Of a DNA stretch of 40,866 bases, positions 27,252-36,979 are shown in pieces. Each line of letters opens with the position of its first letter. Position 1 is the first letter of the stretch. Made by a program: the position numbers and the translations under genes. Source of the DNA: a virus (taxonomy: Duplodnaviria; Caudoviricetes); the IMG/VR virus record IMGVR_UViG_3300031949_000831, positions 1 to 40,866 of that record, one strand, 5' to 3'. The notes beneath the pieces were generated by a model, which did no database searches, was not told where the DNA came from, and saw nothing but the letters and a program-made list of their open reading frames with translations.

Positions 27252-27279
27252 ATACTACCAAAAATAATTCATTTGTCAA
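27252..27279 (-). promoter_or_regulatory. Sigma70-type promoter
   Basis: TTGACA(27279-27274)-16 bp-TAGTAT with TG extension; ATG 6 nt downstream. Confidence 0.7.
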
Positions 27280-27283
27280 GCTC

Positions 27284-28060
27284 TTAAAGACAAAGATGTT
27301 GATATTTTTCTTTATTATCTTTTAACCACTGCGGCCAATCACTTTCGTCAATTTTATATCCAAAATCTCGTCCGAGAAAATCTTTATTTTGCTCGATATT
27401 TTCCTGTAAATGTTCCTGCACCCAGTCTGTATTGTAACTCTCTTTAGTGTAAGAGTCATCCAGTTTTCTCTTCACTTCTTCATAGCCACCCATTGAGGTA
27501 AAGTGCCAACCGCCAACCTGGGTCAATTCAGTATTACTTCTAAGGTGATTCAAACATTTATTCTTAACATTCTTGTAAGATCCGATAAAAGTTCCTCTAA
27601 ATATCTCACTCGAACGATTGTTTAGATAATAACTATAAACTTTCAATAGTATTTTGCTTGGTTTAATTACGAATTCAACCATCGGATTCCATATCTCATC
27701 TACATCCCCAATGAAACAAGTATCATCATCTTTTAGATGAGTGAGGGCTTTCTTGATGTTTTCTTTCTGCAAAAATTCGTGCTTCCAGTGGGTGGCACCT
27801 TTAGTGTTAGGTGAACCCTCGGCCAGAGCGACTTCTTCTGGTGAATAGTTCTCATCTATCACAAAGTATTTTATTTTCGGCCAAAATTGCTTAAATCTTT
27901 CTTTCTGTTGTTCATAGTATAAAGGCTTAACTCGGCCACTAAAAGTGGTTGGAGCTTCTACAATTATAAACTGATCCACATAATCGTTCAAGACATTCAA
28001 GTGGATTTCTAGTAAATCCTGTTCGCCATTATAACTCATGCAATCGATAATTTTATTCAT
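27284..28060 (-). CDS. GT17-like glycosyltransferase (beta-1,4-GlcNAc transferase family)
   Basis: IIDC..YNGE.DLL...VD.FIIVEA..TFSG, GDVDEI and GGWHFTSMGG motifs. Start re-called to ATG 28060. Confidence 0.85.
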   Translation of the reverse strand: MNKIIDCMSYNGEQDLLEIHLNVLNDYVDQFIIVEAPTTFSGRVKPLYYEQQKERFKQFWPKIKYFVIDENYSPEEVALAEGSPNTKGATHWKHEFLQKENIKKALTHLKDDDTCFIGDVDEIWNPMVEFVIKPSKILLKVYSYYLNNRSSEIFRGTFIGSYKNVKNKCLNHLRSNTELTQVGGWHFTSMGGYEEVKRKLDDSYTKESYNTDWVQEHLQENIEQNKDFLGRDFGYKIDESDWPQWLKDNKEKYQHLCL

Positions 28061-28062
28061 GT

Positions 28063-28701
28063 TTAGCATTGCCACATAAGGTAATAACTCCGCTCGGCAC
28101 ACTGGGCCTCACCTGGCAATTGCTTATAAGGCAAAAAACTTCTCATGTGATCATAGTAATCGCGAGCGTACTTGTGAACCGTCTCTTTGGTCAAGATGTA
28201 GTTTCCGCCTGGAGCAAAAGGGATATACGCTGGTTTATCTAAATGAAAAATATCAGCCCAATCATTCCACGATTCGATATATTTAGGCAAATGAGAATTC
28301 AAAAACCAAGAATCGTTCCGCTCGTGATAAATTCCACCTTTGTAATAGTTTACCGCGCCGTACATATCGGAGTAAATTTTATGATTTTGAGTTAGAAGTG
28401 GAGTAAAAGTTTTGTTGTTTTTCACCATCTCGAATTCTTTTTCGGTTATATACTTGAATAAATTTGTTTTTCCCCAAAGGAAAACTTCCGGCAAATTAAA
28501 ATAATTATCCACCAGATAAGAAAGTTTATCATAATCCACGTTACCCACGTTGGTAGTCTTAATTATCCGTTCCTTAGGGAAATCATCTAACCAATGTTCC
28601 CCCACATCACTCCGGTCATAGACTAAATAATCAAAATCATAATCTTTAAGCCAAGCGGGAGTATAATTGTAGTTTACCAAAATTGCGGGCATCATTTTCA
28701 T
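28063..28701 (-). CDS. DUF3431-like putative glycosyltransferase
   Basis: NVGN...YLVDNYFNLPE, FAPGGNYI and ER..W motifs. Confidence 0.65.
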   Translation of the reverse strand: MKMMPAILVNYNYTPAWLKDYDFDYLVYDRSDVGEHWLDDFPKERIIKTTNVGNVDYDKLSYLVDNYFNLPEVFLWGKTNLFKYITEKEFEMVKNNKTFTPLLTQNHKIYSDMYGAVNYYKGGIYHERNDSWFLNSHLPKYIESWNDWADIFHLDKPAYIPFAPGGNYILTKETVHKYARDYYDHMRSFLPYKQLPGEAQCAERSYYLMWQC

Positions 28702-29468
28702 ACATAAAAAAAGCGGCGATAAAAATTCTGCGGGAGTGACCAGACCTTTGTGTTCCTACGGCCCCAAAATCTTGGCGCCACAGTCAGTCCTTTGTTTAGC
28801 CACCTCGGTAAAATAAAGAATGAGGAATTAGCTATAATCGCGTACTTAGCATAGCGACAGCTTCTCCAGTTTATTCCTATATCGTGAATTACCTCAAAAT
28901 CAGGGAAGAACCGCTTGGCTAATGGCCTATCGTCTGTATGGACTTGAAATCTCATATTAGGGTTTATTCCTCGCATCATTTTAATTCCCTCGTCCCAATA
29001 ATCTTTTGTAAGAAATAAGTCAGGATAAACAGAGAACTCACCGCCCCTAAAGCCAATAACGCATAAATCATCCGGCATTTCTAAAGGTTCTACTTTAAGC
29101 CACTCGTCTATTTCTTTTTCTCGGTGTTCCCAATATCTCTCGTCTTGGAACTCGCCATCTATTAAAGTATCGTCTTCTATAAACTTAAATTCAGGATCGT
29201 AACTTCTAACATCCACGGCATTTTCTACCACCTTTTTCTCTGCCCAAAACCTACCTTGGTAAGGCATTATATCGGCTAGACTTAACAACCTACTCTCATC
29301 AAAGTTAATGAACGACTTTCCTTTGAATCCATGCTCTTTACCAGAACCATCTTCTTGATAAAACATGCCCCAATCTACTCCCAAATCAGTCGCCCTAACT
29401 CTAGTCGCTATATAGCGATGGAGCTGATTGCCCAATCCTGAACCTTGATGAAAAATACCGCAAATCAT
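28698..29468 (-). CDS. Divergent GT11-like glycosyltransferase
   Basis: GSGLGNQL, FRGGE (variant of HxRRGD) and IIANSSF motifs. Confidence 0.75.
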   Translation of the reverse strand: MICGIFHQGSGLGNQLHRYIATRVRATDLGVDWGMFYQEDGSGKEHGFKGKSFINFDESRLLSLADIMPYQGRFWAEKKVVENAVDVRSYDPEFKFIEDDTLIDGEFQDERYWEHREKEIDEWLKVEPLEMPDDLCVIGFRGGEFSVYPDLFLTKDYWDEGIKMMRGINPNMRFQVHTDDRPLAKRFFPDFEVIHDIGINWRSCRYAKYAIIANSSFFILPRWLNKGLTVAPRFWGRRNTKVWSLPQNFYRRFFYV

Positions 29469-30634
29469 AAATACTTATGGAAGCCAAATGTATTGTTATC
29501 AACACGTTCAGGAATAGGTAACTCCCTTGAAAATCTCATGGCCACATCAAGAGGAGCGTATTTTATCCCATAGTTCTCCAAAATATCTCTCCAATGCACA
29601 CAAAGTGCACCATCTTCATGCCAAAAACCGGTACCCATATCAGTAAATTCCAATCCTAAAACAATCGGCGCTCTTAACAATCTTCTGCTTCTAAACGAAA
29701 ACCCACCATTACCAACTCTCACCTCTATTCCATCTTTGGTAAAATACGTTTTAGGGGGCCACGGAGCACCAATATAATCATATTTCAAAAACTCATTAGT
29801 CCATCGAGACGAATCAGTAATATATCCATCATTCTGAACCAATAATACATAATCCGAACCAATAAATTGCCATAATTTCATCGCGACAAATTCATTGTAT
29901 TGCCTGTAGTCTAACTTATCTATTTTAATTACCTGAATGCCGTCCGCCTTAACATCTTCATGGGTGAATAGCATCGACCGAGAAAAATTAAACTGGGTAT
30001 GACTTCTTTTCATTACCTCAATGGTTTCTGGAACTTTTGTGCAAGCCACAGCCACTAAATCTATAGTTGGAATTGGAACACACCAAGAACTATCAGGGGC
30101 AACTGTTATATTTAATAATCCCTCTTCTTCCGTTAAAATCTTATTTATAAAAGGTAAAACGTAATCGTGCCCTGATAAAATTCCACCTGGTTTTATTTTT
30201 GGTCTCCAGGTTCTAATATCCATTCTAACACTGTCCTCATCATGTTCAGCATCAATATAAACAGCGTCTAATGACCCATCAGGAAAATCTTTAGCCGCTT
30301 CCACACTTGTTTTTTTAATTTTAACTATATTGGGGACATCTTTGGTTCGAGCAATAAACATTCTTTCTGCTTCTATAAACATCTGGTCATGTTCTGCTAT
30401 CCTTCCTTCTGATGGAACTTTATAATCATAACAATCAACGCTATAAACTGTTTCCACGCAACCAGCAAACAATAATGTCGAAATACCTTCTAGGGAACCA
30501 ACCTCGACCATCTTAAAATGAGGTTTGTAAAATTGCTTCACCAAAGAATATAATCCTTTAACACTATTGTGATCACTAAACGCTATTCGACTCATCCGTG
30601 GCATTGCAAAAAGTGTAGTTAAATCAATTCTCAT
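29465..30634 (-). CDS. Fusion of class I SAM methyltransferase (Methyltransf_24-like) and DUF5672-like GT-A domain
   Basis: N-terminal VEVGSLEGIST, YIDAEH, KPGGILSGHDY; C-terminal LLVQNDG, YDYIGAPW, VGNGGFSFRS, HED, FGFH. Confidence 0.85.
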   Translation of the reverse strand: MRIDLTTLFAMPRMSRIAFSDHNSVKGLYSLVKQFYKPHFKMVEVGSLEGISTLLFAGCVETVYSVDCYDYKVPSEGRIAEHDQMFIEAERMFIARTKDVPNIVKIKKTSVEAAKDFPDGSLDAVYIDAEHDEDSVRMDIRTWRPKIKPGGILSGHDYVLPFINKILTEEEGLLNITVAPDSSWCVPIPTIDLVAVACTKVPETIEVMKRSHTQFNFSRSMLFTHEDVKADGIQVIKIDKLDYRQYNEFVAMKLWQFIGSDYVLLVQNDGYITDSSRWTNEFLKYDYIGAPWPPKTYFTKDGIEVRVGNGGFSFRSRRLLRAPIVLGLEFTDMGTGFWHEDGALCVHWRDILENYGIKYAPLDVAMRFSRELPIPERVDNNTFGFHKYL

Positions 30635-30635
30635 T

Positions 30636-31625
30636 TTATTTCCAATAACGATACATTCCCTTGTCTATCTCATAGTTCATTTCTTTAACTTCCCTCGGAG
30701 GTTGTTTTATCGCCCAAGTAAACATTTCTCTCACAGTTTCCATCAAAATAGTTTCATCCCTAAAATCAAGTAATTTTTTAGCTTTCTCATGACTACAATA
30801 GGCGTTTTTTACTTCTTGTCTGGCTTCTAAATGTTCTATGGCCGGAGAATAACCAAACTCTTTAGACACTGCTTGCATTATTTGGGCCGCTTCATTAAGC
30901 GTATACTCCTTATCCGATCCCAAATTAAATATCTCGCCGGAAAATTGGGTCATTACTTTTTCCATGGTTGGCAAACAAAATTTGATATCCGAAAAAGCCC
31001 GCTTTTGTTCGCCATCACCAAAAATCACAATTGATTTTCCAACTAGGACATTTCTAATCCAAATCCCGATCACATTCCTATATTTATCCCAGATATTTTG
31101 ATAAATGCCTATAACATTATGGGGGCGAAAAATTATATAGTCTAGGCCAAATTGGCTTTTCGCTTGGCGTAAATCCATTTCCACGGCATATTTTGAAATA
31201 CCATAAGGGTCTTCAGGATGAGGAATTTGTTCTTCAGTAAAAGGCGGGTTGCCGATTCCATATACCGCCATGGATGAAGTAAATATAATCTTCTTTATGC
31301 TATTTTTTATACACTCGTTTATAACATTAATGGAACAAACTAAATTATTCTGATAGTTAAAATTTCGGATAAAAGGAGAAAGCCCTTCGGCGGCGTAAGC
31401 GGCAAAATGGTAAACATAGTCGGGTTTAACATCAATAAATAATTTTGCCAGCTCATCTCGATCACTCAAGTCTAATTCATAAAAAGTTATCATTGACGGA
31501 ATAAAATCTCGATAACCACCTGAAAGATCATCAACGCCAAAAACTTGATAACCCTTATCAGCTAAATAAGCTGAAAAATGAGAACCAATTAATCCCGCTA
31601 CGCCAGTGATCAAAACTTTAGGCAT
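30636..31625 (-). CDS. NAD-dependent NDP-sugar epimerase/dehydratase (GalE-like)
   Basis: GVAGLIG Rossmann motif, FTSSMAVYG, YGISK (YxxxK), GDGEQKRAF. Confidence 0.92.
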   Translation of the reverse strand: MPKVLITGVAGLIGSHFSAYLADKGYQVFGVDDLSGGYRDFIPSMITFYELDLSDRDELAKLFIDVKPDYVYHFAAYAAEGLSPFIRNFNYQNNLVCSINVINECIKNSIKKIIFTSSMAVYGIGNPPFTEEQIPHPEDPYGISKYAVEMDLRQAKSQFGLDYIIFRPHNVIGIYQNIWDKYRNVIGIWIRNVLVGKSIVIFGDGEQKRAFSDIKFCLPTMEKVMTQFSGEIFNLGSDKEYTLNEAAQIMQAVSKEFGYSPAIEHLEARQEVKNAYCSHEKAKKLLDFRDETILMETVREMFTWAIKQPPREVKEMNYEIDKGMYRYWK

Positions 31626-32694
31626 AAAAGGATTTAACTTTTTGGATAATAAAATTCTGCTGTTCGTCTGTCAATGCCGAATGCACCGGTAAAGAAAGAA
31701 GTTTGGGCCAAATCTCGTCAGTTACTGGTAAAGGATTTTTCTTGGCTTTTTTCCAATAAGTCATCTCGCTTAACGGTTTGAAATGCACCGAAGTATGAAT
31801 GCCGTTCTGGGCTAAATGAGTCGCCAGCCCATCTCGGTTTTGAAACTTCGGCGTATAATATTGAACAGTATGTGAGGGCGTAGGCGTCTCAAACCAATTG
31901 TGGCCACCAAAGGCTAAATTGTATCTTCTTTCAATATATCGCCGTCTCTCATTTGTCGTTTCAAGTCGCCGTAGTTGCCCCAATCCGATCACCGCCGTCA
32001 AATCAATCATGTAAGCCTTAATACCGGAAGTCTTAATATCATAATCCCAAGTGTAAACGCCCTCATTGACTCGTTCATAAGTCATTTTTTCCACCCCCAA
32101 CCAGTAAAGAGAGCGAAGTTTTTTATAGATACTTTCATCGTTTGTCGTAATCATTCCGCCATCACCAACCGGCAAAGTTTTAACTCCTTGAAAACTCCAA
32201 ACAGTTATATCAGCGTATTTACCCGCCCCTGGGGTGTAACAAGCATGTGCCGCGTCTTCGATTACTAGACCATCAAATTTGCGTTTTAAGGCCTGTATAT
32301 CGGCCAACCTGCCATGAGAGTCAACAGCGATGATTGCTTTCGTTTTAGGGGTAATTTCGACGCTTCCAGGGTCTATACAATAGGTAATTGGGTCAATATC
32401 GGCAAAAATAACCTCCATTCCGTTCCATTCGCCGACAATCGCGTCCGAGACAAAGGTAAAAGCCGGGGTAATTAACTCACCACCTTTAATATCGTAAACC
32501 TTCAAACACAAATCTAAAGCCGAAGTCGCAGAGTTACAAGCCACGGCATATTTTGCCCCGACATATTCAGCAAACTTTTCCTCAAATTCCTTAGTTTTAT
32601 CTCCATTAATCCACCAACCACTATCAATTACCGTCAGAAGTTCTTTCTTGGTTTGGTCATCCATTGTCGGCTCAAGCAAATTGATTCTTTTCAT
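31618..32694 (-). CDS. DegT/DnrJ/EryC1/StrS PLP-dependent sugar aminotransferase
   Basis: NSATSAL, IEDAAHA, SFQGVK(PLP-Lys)TLPVGDGGM, LSLP motifs. Confidence 0.95.
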   Translation of the reverse strand: MKRINLLEPTMDDQTKKELLTVIDSGWWINGDKTKEFEEKFAEYVGAKYAVACNSATSALDLCLKVYDIKGGELITPAFTFVSDAIVGEWNGMEVIFADIDPITYCIDPGSVEITPKTKAIIAVDSHGRLADIQALKRKFDGLVIEDAAHACYTPGAGKYADITVWSFQGVKTLPVGDGGMITTNDESIYKKLRSLYWLGVEKMTYERVNEGVYTWDYDIKTSGIKAYMIDLTAVIGLGQLRRLETTNERRRYIERRYNLAFGGHNWFETPTPSHTVQYYTPKFQNRDGLATHLAQNGIHTSVHFKPLSEMTYWKKAKKNPLPVTDEIWPKLLSLPVHSALTDEQQNFIIQKVKSFYA

Positions 32695-33053
32695 TTTGGT
32701 CTAGCCAATTTACGATAAGGTTCATAATCAGTCGCTTCATAATCTCCGATCCGGCTTTCGGCTAAGACTGAAGGTTCTTCGGCGATAAAAAGATGGGCAA
32801 AGCCAGCCGGAATTAAAATCGAATTACTTTCAATCATAATTCTTTCAGTCTCAATCTCATTCACCACATCTCTAATTTTTACGTTTAATTTACCAGCTAA
32901 ACAGATATGCCACTGATTAGTTTTATGATAATGACCGCCACGGGCGATACCCTCTTCATTGAAAGTAACAATGATATGCTGACGGTTACCAATCTTATAA
33001 CCGTAAATATCTCCACGATTATCTGAATTTATTTTTTCTATTTTCATAGCCAT
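32691..33053 (-). CDS. Cupin NDP-sugar 3,4-ketoisomerase/epimerase (FdtA/WxcM-like)
   Basis: DNRG, RGGHYH and IPAGFAH cupin motifs. Confidence 0.78.
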   Translation of the reverse strand: MAMKIEKINSDNRGDIYGYKIGNRQHIIVTFNEEGIARGGHYHKTNQWHICLAGKLNVKIRDVVNEIETERIMIESNSILIPAGFAHLFIAEEPSVLAESRIGDYEATDYEPYRKLARPK

Positions 33054-33091
33054 TGTTTTATTGTATACCTATTGATGTTATAATGTCCATT

Positions 33092-33517
33092 ATGGATAAA
33101 AAAGAACATCATAGACTTTGGAAAAGACAATGGAGAAGGAATAATCCTGATAAGGTTCTGGCTCAGAGAACCAAACATTCTGCCTACATGCGAGAATATT
33201 TTAAAACCTACTATCCTAAAAATAGAGAGAAAATATCCAAAAGACAAAAAGAGATAAGAATAAGTAGGTTGCAATTTGTTATTAACTTTTTTGGTGGTAA
33301 ATGTGTTCATTGTGGTTTTAGGGATATTCGAGCTTTGCAGATGGATCATACTCATGGACGAAACGGAGAAAGACGACTTGGAAATATAGACTCTAGATAC
33401 TCTTTTGTTAAAAACTTTCCCGAAGAAGCAAAAATTAAATACCAACTTCTTTGTGCTAACTGCAATTTTATTAAGAGGGTTGAAAATAGTGAACATAAAA
33501 AATCTAAACATATCTAA
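33092..33517 (+). CDS. HNH homing endonuclease (only plus-strand protein gene)
   Basis: GGKCVHCGFRDIRALQMDH...YQLLCANCN; own TGTTATAAT at 33076-33084, 7 nt before ATG 33092. Confidence 0.88.
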   Translation: MDKKEHHRLWKRQWRRNNPDKVLAQRTKHSAYMREYFKTYYPKNREKISKRQKEIRISRLQFVINFFGGKCVHCGFRDIRALQMDHTHGRNGERRLGNIDSRYSFVKNFPEEAKIKYQLLCANCNFIKRVENSEHKKSKHI

Positions 33518-34515
33518 AGCCAATTTTGATGAGCTAACGTCCATTCCACTGTTCGACGCAGTGAAATATCAAAATCATGCGGTGGCCGCCAACCCAAAGC
33601 CGCCAGCTTGGAACCGTCCAATGAGTAACGCTTGTCGTGGCCCGGCCGATCTTTCGGAAAGTCAACTAATTTATAATCCAACGGCTTGCCAATTATTTCC
33701 GCCACCATTTTTGCTAGATCAAGATTATTCAACTCAATCTCGCCCACCACGTTATAACGATCAGGTTTCGTTATTTCATCTTCCTTATAAATCTTCGGCG
33801 GTAATCTTGTAATGATAAAAAGTAAAGCATCAGCCGCGTTGCGAGCGTGAATGTAGAATCTAGAACCAATACCGTTATGTTTTCCGTGAATAGTTACTTG
33901 CTCACCATTATTTATTTTCCTTATCAATTGGGCGACATATTTTTCGGAATCCTGCGTCTGGCCGATAAGATTCATCGTATTGGTAATGATTACCGGCACA
34001 CCATAAGTCCGCCAATAGGCAACTGCAATCGCTTCTTGTGCCGCCTTACTGGCACTGTAAGGATTAGATGGCACGATACTAGACCATTCTTTGTAATTCA
34101 CTCCTTCAGGGGCTACGCCAAAAACTTCATCGGTACTAAATTGTAAAAACAATTTCGGTTTCAACTCTCGTGCCAACTCAAGCATATTCAAAACCAACCA
34201 GACATTATTCTGAATCAAAGTTACTGGTTCTTGAATCGAACGATTAACATGAGAATCCGAAGCAATATTTAAAATATAATCTATAGGGCCTAATTCTTTT
34301 TTAGTCCTTTCGGTCAAAGGTGAAATCAGATCATGAGTAATTATTTTCACCCTAGGATCATACCCACCGGCCAAGGCGTTTCTAACTCTTTCGGGTGTTC
34401 CCTTATGTCGCCACGAACAAATACAAATAAACTCCCAGCCAGTATTAAGTAACAAGTGTCTTAACAAATGCGATCCAAAGAATCCTGAAGCCCCTGTGAG
34501 TAAAACTTTTTTCAT
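33514..34515 (-). CDS. rmlB: dTDP-glucose 4,6-dehydratase-like
   Basis: GASGFFG, SHVNRSI, STDEVFG, PSNPYSASK and DRPGHDKRY motifs. Confidence 0.9.
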   Translation of the reverse strand: MKKVLLTGASGFFGSHLLRHLLLNTGWEFICICSWRHKGTPERVRNALAGGYDPRVKIITHDLISPLTERTKKELGPIDYILNIASDSHVNRSIQEPVTLIQNNVWLVLNMLELARELKPKLFLQFSTDEVFGVAPEGVNYKEWSSIVPSNPYSASKAAQEAIAVAYWRTYGVPVIITNTMNLIGQTQDSEKYVAQLIRKINNGEQVTIHGKHNGIGSRFYIHARNAADALLFIITRLPPKIYKEDEITKPDRYNVVGEIELNNLDLAKMVAEIIGKPLDYKLVDFPKDRPGHDKRYSLDGSKLAALGWRPPHDFDISLRRTVEWTLAHQNWL

Positions 34516-35186
34516 TGATATTTATTTAATAAATAATCTTGTTCTCTAATTTTAATTTCATCAGATAAAATGTTAGTAACTTGATGATCACCTTGATAAA
34601 TCACAACACCCAGACTATCAAGAATTACCGGTCTTCCGTATTTTTTGTAGTAACGCATATAGAGGTCACAGTCGAGTAACCAAGTTAAAGTTTCGTCAAA
34701 TGGTAATGACTCATCATTTCTAATTGTCAATACCGAGGGAGAACCGATAGTATTATTACCAGTATAAATTTTATCGTTAAAGCTGGCGTAATAAGGATTA
34801 AATAATTCTTCTCCATCTACAGTATGGGCACAACCAGTCACCAACCAATAACTATCTTTCCTGAACTTCTTGTTTATCTCCCACAAAGCGTCATTACCCA
34901 ACAGATAATCATCAAGATAAAGAATTTTAACTAACTCCCCTTGAGATTTTTTAATCGCCTGGTTGGAATTCCCAGCCATACCCAGAACAGAATCATTGCG
35001 AGAGTAGTTGATTTTTAGATTATATTCCCAACAGATTTTTTCCAGCGCATCATCGCGTGAATCATCAGTTATCACTACTTCAAAATCCTTAAATTGCTGA
35101 TACTTAATTGCATCCAAACTACGCCGAAGAAAAACGGCTTTATTTTTCATATCGTGCGTGGGAATAGCAATGGAAAATCTAAGCAT
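34512..35186 (-). CDS. GT2 glycosyltransferase
   Basis: FSIAIP, FEVVITDDS, ILYLDD, IGSPS motifs. Confidence 0.9.
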   Translation of the reverse strand: MLRFSIAIPTHDMKNKAVFLRRSLDAIKYQQFKDFEVVITDDSRDDALEKICWEYNLKINYSRNDSVLGMAGNSNQAIKKSQGELVKILYLDDYLLGNDALWEINKKFRKDSYWLVTGCAHTVDGEELFNPYYASFNDKIYTGNNTIGSPSVLTIRNDESLPFDETLTWLLDCDLYMRYYKKYGRPVILDSLGVVIYQGDHQVTNILSDEIKIREQDYLLNKYQ

Positions 35187-35883
35187 AAATTTTGGGAAAA
35201 TCCTTCTTAATTTGAGTCATTAACTCCTCCTTATGAGCGTTGGCTACATGAATCATTGAATTTTCTTTCACTCGATAAAACCATAAAGATATTGGAATAG
35301 TGACAATTGTTTTACCCCTACCAAGCAAATCAAACCACAAATGATAATCCTCAAATCCCCATGTCATCTTTGGGCTGTATCCTCCACACTCTAATAAAAC
35401 CGACCGTTTAACTGCGGCACAATAGCCAATATGGTTAGCGACTTTCTGATCTTCAATCGTTGGATTAGGTTTTAAAACAACCGATTCGTTACTTCCACCA
35501 AAACATTTAAAGGATGGTGCGACAATATCCGTCCCATAATCGTTAATATATCTTTGGATAACGCATAGGGCATTTTCCATTAAAATATCATCGGCATCTA
35601 AAAACAAAATGTAACCACCGATAGAATTCATGATGCCTGTGTTTCGAGCAGAAGCCAACCCCTTATTTACTTGTGAAATAACTTTAACTGGCATTCGATA
35701 AATCTCTTTAGAAATATATCTTTGGGCAATTTCAAGAGAACCATCGGTTGAACCATCATCGACAATAATCAATTCGTATTTAGTGGTTCGATTAGCCAAT
35801 CCACGCCTTTGGTTAAGAACTGACTCTATCGCGTCCGGTAAAAATTGGGCCTGATTGTAACTAGGAATAACTATAGAAATCAT
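35179..35883 (-). CDS. GT2 glycosyltransferase
   Basis: ISIVIPSYN, IIVDDGSTD, NKGLASARN, FLDADD, FEDY motifs. Confidence 0.95.
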   Translation of the reverse strand: MISIVIPSYNQAQFLPDAIESVLNQRRGLANRTTKYELIIVDDGSTDGSLEIAQRYISKEIYRMPVKVISQVNKGLASARNTGIMNSIGGYILFLDADDILMENALCVIQRYINDYGTDIVAPSFKCFGGSNESVVLKPNPTIEDQKVANHIGYCAAVKRSVLLECGGYSPKMTWGFEDYHLWFDLLGRGKTIVTIPISLWFYRVKENSMIHVANAHKEELMTQIKKDFPKIYA

Positions 35884-35884
35884 A

Positions 35885-36979
35885 TTACATTGTTTCTAAT
35901 TTTTTCCTCACCTCACAGCCATCAGCTATAGTAGTCGTGAATTTTTTAGTCAGAGTGACCAACTTAGGGGGATAATCCCGTCCCCAAATCTTGACGTAAT
36001 AATCTTTAATCAAACTGTCAGGGTAAATATAAGACGGCGATAAAACCACGGATGGTGAGTTTTCAAAAAGATATTTATTCCAATGACTCTCATCATTCCA
36101 AATAGCGACATAACCACGTTTTAAATCTTGGTCAATGTTTTGTTTCATTACTTTCATCGCTTTGATAAATTTAATGGTTTTTCCCCCCTGAAAACCACCA
36201 GCAAAGTAAAGTGGTTCAAATCTAGGTTTTCCGTTTTCAGTAACAACTCGGCCTGGGCGTGGAATATAAGCCGTAGATTTATTATCTGGTTCATAAGGAG
36301 GCAAATATTCTCTCCGAAGAGCATACATAGGGTGTTGAGCGGCAGTTAATCCATTACCCAAGACTTCATCTCCGACAATATTTACAAACCTCATATCAAG
36401 ATCACAATAAAAAATGTAATCAAATTTTTTAAGATATTCTTCCTGATTCAAAAATAGATTGTAACGTAACAAAGTCGGGTAAGGCCATTCAATTGGTTCA
36501 GTTTCAAATTTAGTAATCGTGTCGGCAATTTTCGCACCTTCAAATGACCGATTCATTGCTTCGTTAATACCATCAACGATCTCTTTTTCTTTATTAATGT
36601 CTAAAGATAAATTAGACTGTTTTAATCTACCCATTTCGACCTCGTAGAGATATTCTGCCGCTTTTTTAAAGTCATCAAATTTAGTGCTCGCTGGTATATC
36701 AGTCCAAAGCATAATTTCAACATCGTGGTCGGGTAAAAAATATTGCCGCGCCCCTAAAATAGCTTCTCTGGAAAATTCCCAGTAGGGTGGGTTAAGACAA
36801 ATAAACATTAAACCAATCTTGTAACGTGGTAAGTTGTGTTTCTTTATTGTTCCACGTTCCAAATCCACAATTTGTTTGATAAATTCCTTGATTGTAAAAA
36901 TATCGTTATAAATGTACTGCCCACCCGCCTTAGCGATGTAATGGTTGTGAATAATTCTTTCTAATTGCTTGTCAGTCAT
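35885..36979 (-). CDS. GT6 (ABO-type) alpha-1,3-Gal/GalNAc transferase
   Basis: WPYPTLLRY, DYIFYCDLDM, STAYIP, YFAGGFQGG, AIWNDESHWNKY, LSPSY motifs. Confidence 0.92.
   Translation of the reverse strand: MTDKQLERIIHNHYIAKAGGQYIYNDIFTIKEFIKQIVDLERGTIKKHNLPRYKIGLMFICLNPPYWEFSREAILGARQYFLPDHDVEIMLWTDIPASTKFDDFKKAAEYLYEVEMGRLKQSNLSLDINKEKEIVDGINEAMNRSFEGAKIADTITKFETEPIEWPYPTLLRYNLFLNQEEYLKKFDYIFYCDLDMRFVNIVGDEVLGNGLTAAQHPMYALRREYLPPYEPDNKSTAYIPRPGRVVTENGKPRFEPLYFAGGFQGGKTIKFIKAMKVMKQNIDQDLKRGYVAIWNDESHWNKYLFENSPSVVLSPSYIYPDSLIKDYYVKIWGRDYPPKLVTLTKKFTTTIADGCEVRKKLETM

Noticed and set aside
33044-33544. 166-aa minus-strand ORF and plus-strand ORF 33405-33812
   Set aside because: Shadows of the motif-bearing HNH gene and rmlB.
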